NCBI GenBank assembly: GCA_048882385.1
Contig: JBHLRQ010000004.1
Location: 1-64,000, forward strand
Source: Candidatus Thorarchaeota archaeon
Lineage (GTDB): Archaea; Asgardarchaeota; Thorarchaeia; Thorarchaeales; Thorarchaeaceae
Length of the DNA: 64,000 bases
Direction: 5' to 3'
Shown here: piece by piece, positions 57,923-64,000 of the stretch
Layout of the letters: each line of letters opens with the position of its first letter
Position numbering within the stretch: position 1 is the stretch's first letter
Translations under genes and position numbers: made by a program
Notes under the pieces: generated by a model
What the model saw: the letters and a program-made list of their open reading frames with translations, nothing else
The model's database searches: none
What the model was told of the DNA's origin: nothing

Positions 57923-58867
57923 CTATCCATCAGGAGGTTCAAGAACAACACTTGTTCCATCTTTGGAGAGTTGAATTCTCATATGGTCTCGTCCGAGGAC
58001 AGAATTGGGGAAGATTGCCCTTGCTTCTTCGATGATTTCGTCACCATTGTGATAGCGAGGGCTATAGTGTGTTAGAACAAGTAATTTTACACCTGATTCG
58101 TTTGCAAGTTTTGCAGCACCTAAAGCTGTTGAGTGTCCCCGCTCCTGAGCAAGATCTTCATGCTCTGTTGTATACATCGCTTCGCTGATCAGGATGTCAG
58201 CATCAATTGAGGCCGCTTCGAGTTCTTTGCATGGACGTGTGTCTCCTGAATAGACAATCTTCAGGGGTTTCAAACTTGGTCCAGTCACTTGTTCAGGAGT
58301 CACTGTGGTTCCATTTTCTAATGTGATTGACTCTCCAGAAGCAAGTTTCTTCCAGGAAGGTCCCTGAGGTATTCCAATCTCCTCAGCTTTTGAAGGAAGA
58401 AATTTCCCAGTTGGTCGAGTCCAAGTTATCTCATAACCAAGAGCATAACCGCGATGATCAACCTCGAATGCGCGAACTGTCAGATTTTGCTCATTGAATA
58501 TTATTCCCGGTTCAATAGCGTGAACTACAGCTTCGAAGGTAGTCCCAAGATTGATTGTAGATTGACTAACCTTGACATATTCTATGAGGTCCTTGGGTCC
58601 ATAGATGGAAAGCGGCTTAATTCTGCCAAGAAGGGAGAACCGTAATAGAAGTCCGGGTAAGCCTAAGACATGGTCTGCATGAACGTGAGACACAAAAATA
58701 GCCATCTTCTTGTTGAGTCCGAGATTTGCTTTTTCAAACTGCCTCTGTACATCCTCACCTGCATCAAACAGCAATACCCACCCCTCATAACGAATAGCTA
58801 TGGCTGGATGGTTACGCTCTGCAGTTGGAATCGATCCACCCGATCCCAATATTACTATTTCAATCAT
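57923..58867 (-). CDS. rnz: Ribonuclease Z
   Basis: LGSGGSIPT.ERN, SHVHADH, GP exosite, YSGDT, LTHYSPRY. Confidence 0.96.
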   Translation of the reverse strand: MIEIVILGSGGSIPTAERNHPAIAIRYEGWVLLFDAGEDVQRQFEKANLGLNKKMAIFVSHVHADHVLGLPGLLLRFSLLGRIKPLSIYGPKDLIEYVKVSQSTINLGTTFEAVVHAIEPGIIFNEQNLTVRAFEVDHRGYALGYEITWTRPTGKFLPSKAEEIGIPQGPSWKKLASGESITLENGTTVTPEQVTGPSLKPLKIVYSGDTRPCKELEAASIDADILISEAMYTTEHEDLAQERGHSTALGAAKLANESGVKLLVLTHYSPRYHNGDEIIEEARAIFPNSVLGRDHMRIQLSKDGTSVVLEPPDG

Positions 58868-58925
58868 GAAACACTCAATAAAACGTCTGACATCATGCAA
58901 GATTAGGGTTGCGTCAACAAAAGCT

Positions 58926-60338
58926 CTATGCAAGATCAAGAGGGATGTTTTTTGGTGAAGCCTCTCTTCGAATCACACTATATGTATAGGCATCAAAAAA
59001 TTTGGATACATCCCATTTCCACTGATCATTTCTTCGGTCATACATTGATGAAACCTTAGATGAACCACCAACTCCAGCAGCCACTACATGAGCTGTATAA
59101 TCATGGACCTTTGATGTTTCATCATCCAATACATCAATCAAATCGCGACCAGAACCAGCTGGTAAAGCTGAAACAAGCAATACCTTCTTCTCCGAAGGAT
59201 CCTCTAAATTCTGAATTCTTGATTGATATGTAAGGGGAAGATAATCCCAAGCAGGGATTATATCTCCAGAACATTCTGGACTTAACAGACAAATTACACG
59301 GTCGCTCAATGTAGGAATGTTAACTCGAGCTCGAGGTAGTACTATTCCTTTCTTAAGAAGCTGTGAACGTTTCCTGAATGTTGTCGAAGATGACAACTTA
59401 GTTAAGTGGACAATTTCAGCAGCTGTACTCCCAAAGTTGTCTACAAGCGCATCAATGATTTTGACATCTGCAAAAGTGAATCCATGTGGTTCGTGAGGAG
59501 CTGGTGATGGAACATCTGCGAGAAGAAGGGGATTGCCTCCTTTTCTCAGCATTAGTCTGAAATGCAGCAAGTCAAGACGCCACCCTTCATTTGGATGAAA
59601 GTAACGTCCATTTAATTTGGGTATGCCAGCGGAGAGACCCCATACTGATACACTACTAGTGCTGTTTCTGAAACTCCTGACTGTATCAAGAAATTCACTG
59701 CGCTTCTTATGAGGTATTGTGGCTACAACAAGCACTAAAGGTGAATACCCGTCGATCATCAGAGTCTTTTGAACATAGGGTCCGGATAAGACCAAGGAGG
59801 GCGATTCAAAAATGATCAGTACTCTCTCTAAACCAAGTTTATGTGTGTTAAGCATACCTCCGGTTTTCAAAACTCCAGAGTCACTCAACCTTTTCTGTGC
59901 ACGCCGTGTCTGTGCATAGGACAGTCCAGCTTGAGCCGCAATTAGGTTCAACGGTTTTCCTGGATTCTTAATTGCAGATTCTAGAAATGGGAGTTCAGTT
60001 CTTGATAAACGGGAGATATTTTCTTCCCAGAGATTCAAGATTAGGCTCATAATGTCCCTTTGACTAATAATTTCCACATCTCCTAGTCGAACTACCTCTT
60101 CCAAGCGGCGAGTGAGGAGAAGATATAGGCTACCTCGATAAGACAGGACTATCTTTTGTAACATCTTGAAATCTGCATCTTCGGTAAAGACTTCTAGTTG
60201 TCCTCCTTCTTCGAAGGTCTTTACAAATCGGAGGACTGCTAGAGCACTAGGTGATAGCTTCTCCCAGAAGTTTGGAGTGTCATCAGCACGCATAATTGCA
60301 TCGTCCCGACCATCCTTTTCTAATTCTGGCTCGGTCAT
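58926..60338 (-). CDS. Tandem Lrp/AsnC-like winged-helix protein
   Basis: Two wHTH segments (IAAQAGLSYAQTRRAQKRLSDSGVL; IVHLTKLSSSTTFRKRSQLLKKGIV). Confidence 0.75.
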   Translation of the reverse strand: MTEPELEKDGRDDAIMRADDTPNFWEKLSPSALAVLRFVKTFEEGGQLEVFTEDADFKMLQKIVLSYRGSLYLLLTRRLEEVVRLGDVEIISQRDIMSLILNLWEENISRLSRTELPFLESAIKNPGKPLNLIAAQAGLSYAQTRRAQKRLSDSGVLKTGGMLNTHKLGLERVLIIFESPSLVLSGPYVQKTLMIDGYSPLVLVVATIPHKKRSEFLDTVRSFRNSTSSVSVWGLSAGIPKLNGRYFHPNEGWRLDLLHFRLMLRKGGNPLLLADVPSPAPHEPHGFTFADVKIIDALVDNFGSTAAEIVHLTKLSSSTTFRKRSQLLKKGIVLPRARVNIPTLSDRVICLLSPECSGDIIPAWDYLPLTYQSRIQNLEDPSEKKVLLVSALPAGSGRDLIDVLDDETSKVHDYTAHVVAAGVGGSSKVSSMYDRRNDQWKWDVSKFFDAYTYSVIRREASPKNIPLDLA

Positions 60339-60419
60339 CGTAAACCCTCTCAGAATCCGTTCTAAACTCGAGTAATATTATACTAGAGTGTCTTTAGAGC
60401 ATAATATAAGACCGTAAAG

Positions 60420-61181
60420 TCAGTCAAGAGGTTTGGAGTCTTTCCAGAGGGAATCAAAATATGCACGAGCCATAGAGGCAAAGAGACCTGCGCTTGAATA
60501 GATGCCAACAAACTCAGTGTCGGTATCACCCTCTGCGAGCATAATTAGGGTTTCACGGGCATCTACGACTAATCCAACTCCAAAGACTCTTTCACGGGTT
60601 CGGACCTCGAAGTTGCTAGGGATTAGTGGTCTGATTGTTTCAGGAACTTTGGAGGTGAGGATTCGAGTGTGTGCCTTGACATTGAGCACATTCTCAGCTA
60701 CTGTTGTGATGTCCTCCATGTCAAGGTCAAGCCCGGGAATTGAGAGAACAACCTCCTCCTTCACTGACTCCAACATCTCGACTGCTTTGGAGAGAATGGC
60801 TGCACGTCCATGCATCACATAGACGTCTCTTGTCGTCACTTTTGTTTCCTGTTCAAACAAAGGTTGGAGTTCATCTACAACCTGTTTACTGGAGTCTTCA
60901 AGTTTCTGTTCCCAATCAAGACGAATCACTCGTACAACCTCAGTAGGTGATTTGGCAACATATATCGTAGGACGACCTCTCTTGATCTGAATGAATTGTT
61001 TTTCCTCAAGCCTCCCAAGTACATCATAGATTCTGGAATATGGAACCTTTGATTTTGCTGAGATATCAGATGCACCCATCTGTCCTCCACTAACTAATGC
61101 AAGATATGCATGGGTTTCGTATTCTGTGAGTCCCAGCTGTCTGAGCGCTTTGAGGGTTGCTTCACTCACTGACATTGTCAT
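60420..61181 (-). CDS. trmB: TrmB family transcriptional regulator
   Basis: LGLTEYE..AY.AL, SKVPYSRIYDVL..L.EK, GRP..Y. Confidence 0.93.
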   Translation of the reverse strand: MTMSVSEATLKALRQLGLTEYETHAYLALVSGGQMGASDISAKSKVPYSRIYDVLGRLEEKQFIQIKRGRPTIYVAKSPTEVVRVIRLDWEQKLEDSSKQVVDELQPLFEQETKVTTRDVYVMHGRAAILSKAVEMLESVKEEVVLSIPGLDLDMEDITTVAENVLNVKAHTRILTSKVPETIRPLIPSNFEVRTRERVFGVGLVVDARETLIMLAEGDTDTEFVGIYSSAGLFASMARAYFDSLWKDSKPLD

Positions 61182-61259
61182 TCCCTGTCAGAGGAGTCTT
61201 CATCTGTCTTAAGGCTTGTCAGACACTGAGATTAATGGGAGCTTTTTTATTCCATTAGT

Positions 61260-61583
61260 TTGCAATCAATTCTAGGAGGATGTCACAACCATCTGTTGGT
61301 TTCATTAATTGTGGGGATGGACAACATGGTACGGGAGAAAAGAGGTAGTAAGAATATCAAAGAAACACCAGCATCAAAGTTACTGGATGATTTTGTTGTT
61401 ACAGATACCGTCCATCGAGAAGAAACTAACACAGAGATGAGTGACGAAGAATACATTGAGATGATGATAAAGAAAGAAGCCGAACGTAAATTGTTGAGAA
61501 TCAGACGCGATGTTTCAATATCAGACAAAGTTGAGATTTTTATCGATGACAAAGAGGATGTTCCTGAAAGAAAAGGTTCCTGA
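61260..61583 (+). CDS. Hypothetical charged protein (start probably ~61317-61326)
   Basis: ORF divergent from trmB. Confidence 0.6.
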   Translation: MQSILGGCHNHLLVSLIVGMDNMVREKRGSKNIKETPASKLLDDFVVTDTVHREETNTEMSDEEYIEMMIKKEAERKLLRIRRDVSISDKVEIFIDDKEDVPERKGS

Positions 61584-61585
61584 AA

Positions 61586-62149
61586 TCACTTTGAATACCA
61601 TTTGAGAAATTCCTCAAACGCTTTTGTTCTGTGAGAGATACGAACTTTCTCATCAAAAGTGAGTTCCGCATAGGTCTTTGTATACCCTTCAGGAATAAAG
61701 ATAGGATCATATCCAAATCCGCCTACTCCTGCTGGTTCGAGTGCAATAGAACCGGACATTGCTCCTGTGAAAGATTTCATGTTCTGACCATCATAGTAAC
61801 CTACTGCTGTCTTGAACGTTGATGCACGTTCCTTTTCACCTGCCATCAGTTTTAGAATTCCTTCATATCCGATAAATTCGAGGACAATTCCAGCATATGA
61901 ACCTGGAAATCCATTAAGAGAGTCAACAAAAAAACCAGTGTCGTCTACGACAACTGGCCTATCAATAGTTTCGAATGCATCCTTGGCGGCTATACGAGCA
62001 ATCTCTTCAATATCATTAGAACGGATTTCATGTTTCTTGTGGGGGGTTGTATCAAATTTGACTTTGTACTTGATGAAGAGAGGACTGAGTTCTTTGAGTT
62101 TGTGCTTATTCTGTGTCACAAGAACAAGGCTATCCCTTGACATATTCAA
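61586..62149 (-). CDS. rdgB: dITP/XTP pyrophosphatase (HAM1/RdgB)
   Basis: TQNKHK, DDTG, GFPG, GFGYDPIF, SHR. Confidence 0.96.
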   Translation of the reverse strand: MNMSRDSLVLVTQNKHKLKELSPLFIKYKVKFDTTPHKKHEIRSNDIEEIARIAAKDAFETIDRPVVVDDTGFFVDSLNGFPGSYAGIVLEFIGYEGILKLMAGEKERASTFKTAVGYYDGQNMKSFTGAMSGSIALEPAGVGGFGYDPIFIPEGYTKTYAELTFDEKVRISHRTKAFEEFLKWYSK

Positions 62150-63254
62150 GGATCTCCTTGATTACATTGTATGATTGTTTAGTCTTCTCAAGATCAAACA
62201 TGCCTGTAGCGTTCCAGAGAATGACATGGTCAAGTCCTTGTTTCACTAAGTCTTCAAGGATTCCGATGAGGGTTTCTTTGCCACCGGTCATATAGAACTC
62301 ATGTAAAACTTCCAGTGGCACCTTTTCAATCGCATCTAGTGTGGTCTTTCGATCATATCTCATCGGAATGTAGTTGGTTAAACCATGAAAATCATCACCA
62401 AAAGGATGTGAATATCCCATACGTGTCCATTCACTTGCTGAATGCATTAGAGCAAATGCTCTGGCAAGAGGGGTTTTCATCAGTCTCTCACATTCCATTG
62501 GATCATCATCAATAATGCACCATTTCCACAGGGCGGCAGTGAAAGGTTCAGTGCGATTTAATTTCTTTCTGTAATCATGAATGATTTTTAGACCCTCTCC
62601 GTATTGCTTTGCGCTTGCGACAGATGGGATCCATCCATCGCCAAATTCAGCGGCAAGCTTCAGCATTTTGGGGCCCATGGCGGCTATCCAGATTGGCGGT
62701 GGCTTTCCATCCACGGCAGGCCTCAGAGACATGACTGCGTCTTTGAGTTTCCAAAACCGACCATTGTAATCAAAGGGTTTATGCGTATTCCAGACCATTT
62801 TGATGATCTCAAGAGCCTCACGAAGTTTTCCTACCTGGCCAGAGTAGTTCAACCCATATGGTTCGATATTCTCCATCTCTCCAGCTCCAATACCAAGAAC
62901 AGCTCTTCCTCGGCTGATATGGTCAAGAGTGAGGAAGGTCTGGGCGATAAGGATTGGATGTCGTCTGATTGGTTCAGTGACTGAAGAAATCAGCTGGACA
63001 TTCTCAGTAACCGCTGCGCAGGCACTCATGATGCTAGATAGCTCATAGTATGTGTGAGGCGATTGTTGGAAGACAGCCAATGATGTAATATCAGGAGTCC
63101 AGATGCTCTGGGGTACAAATCCGGCAAAATGGTCCGGAAAAGCCATACTGTCATATCCTAATGAATCGATAGTCTTTGCGTTCTTCAGAGCATTATCCCA
63201 GGGGGGAAGGAAAGGACCGGGGGCGCCTATTTTGAGATCATGTATATCAGCCAT
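62130..63254 (-). CDS. LLM-class flavin/F420-dependent oxidoreductase
   Basis: PDH, RHP..AQ...LDHIS.GR..LGIGAG, PPIWIAAMGPKML..A...DGW. Confidence 0.92.
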   Translation of the reverse strand: MADIHDLKIGAPGPFLPPWDNALKNAKTIDSLGYDSMAFPDHFAGFVPQSIWTPDITSLAVFQQSPHTYYELSSIMSACAAVTENVQLISSVTEPIRRHPILIAQTFLTLDHISRGRAVLGIGAGEMENIEPYGLNYSGQVGKLREALEIIKMVWNTHKPFDYNGRFWKLKDAVMSLRPAVDGKPPPIWIAAMGPKMLKLAAEFGDGWIPSVASAKQYGEGLKIIHDYRKKLNRTEPFTAALWKWCIIDDDPMECERLMKTPLARAFALMHSASEWTRMGYSHPFGDDFHGLTNYIPMRYDRKTTLDAIEKVPLEVLHEFYMTGGKETLIGILEDLVKQGLDHVILWNATGMFDLEKTKQSYNVIKEILEYVKG

Positions 63255-64000
63255 CTATTCGCACACCTCAGCAAAATGAATGAGAACTTTCTTGACCTTC
63301 TCGAAATCCTCGAGATGCATAAATTCGTCTATTCCATGGTAGTTATTATCATCTCTAAGTGTTCCGTAGCATACTGTTGGTATTCCATGTGATGTGAAGT
63401 AATGACCATCATTCCCTCCTAAATCAGCAGCGATGACAATATCAGGACTCACAGTTTCCTTGACCACTTCGTGAAAGACTTTAACATATTTATTCTCTGG
63501 ATCTGACCCCCACCCAGCATGCTTGGTTTTGAATTCGAGTGAAGCTTCAACAAAGGTTTCCTCCTTTGCTTTCTCAAAGAACTCCTCGATGTCTTTGACA
63601 ACATCGTTCACATCTTCTTCCGGGATGGTTCGACAATCAAAGGATATTTCAGCTTTGCCCGGGATTGTATTGGTTTTGCTCCCTGCATTATAAACAGTCA
63701 TTGAGAAACGCCCCCAGAGTGTCTGATGAGGACTACTAGGAGGTGCAGGTAGTTTGGACTCTACCTTTCTTCTAATATCTACAAAGTCCAGCATGACCTG
63801 CATGAGAGGAATCGACAAATGGATTGCATTTGCGAACTTGAATGGATACCCTGCATGTCCCTGATTGCCTCTCACAGTCATAGTACCTGAGATAACACCA
63901 CTGGCTCCATTACTAACATACTCAGGTCCAGAATCGACCACAATTCCAAAATCACCACGAATCTTTGGGGGTCCGTTCATCAGGTAATCAATTCCCCAGA
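63255..64000 (-). CDS. M20 family metallopeptidase (ArgE/DapE-like), 5' end outside the window
   Basis: G.QGHA, N.IPG.A....D.R, GGND, YHGIDE; frame open to the window edge. Confidence 0.9.
   Translation of the reverse strand, partial: WGIDYLMNGPPKIRGDFGIVVDSGPEYVSNGASGVISGTMTVRGNQGHAGYPFKFANAIHLSIPLMQVMLDFVDIRRKVESKLPAPPSSPHQTLWGRFSMTVYNAGSKTNTIPGKAEISFDCRTIPEEDVNDVVKDIEEFFEKAKEETFVEASLEFKTKHAGWGSDPENKYVKVFHEVVKETVSPDIVIAADLGGNDGHYFTSHGIPTVCYGTLRDDNNYHGIDEFMHLEDFEKVKKVLIHFAEVCE

Noticed and set aside
1-64000. Mobile elements, CRISPR arrays, rRNA, SRP RNA
   Set aside because: No integrase or transposase ORFs, repeat-spacer arrays or diagnostic motifs were seen

Overview
Core-genome segment of an archaeon, most likely an Asgard archaeon (Thorarchaeia-like, inferred from the roadblock/LC7 protein, selenocysteine machinery, NosD-type surface protein and HdrABC/F420 genes). 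It carries a compact selenocysteine locus (pstk, then convergent selB-sepSecS-unknown ORF-tRNA-Sec(UCA)), two TFB paralogues plus a divergent TFB/cyclin-fold ORF, a Get3/ArsA ATPase followed by a tiny tail-anchored-like peptide, an HdrA-MvhD/HdrC/HdrB operon, the large rpl22-secY-adk-cbf5 ribosomal cluster, RNase P RNA, S13-S4-S11, an intron-containing tRNA-Ser(GGA) and several RNA-processing genes. The most unusual signals are an unexplained gene inside the Sec operon, a synonymously recoded partial tandem duplicate of rpo12 beside a frameshifted copy, and a ~190-nt multi-hairpin leader before rpl22. No mobile element, CRISPR array or convincing selenoprotein gene was seen. All calls are by eye from motifs and synteny; no searches were run.
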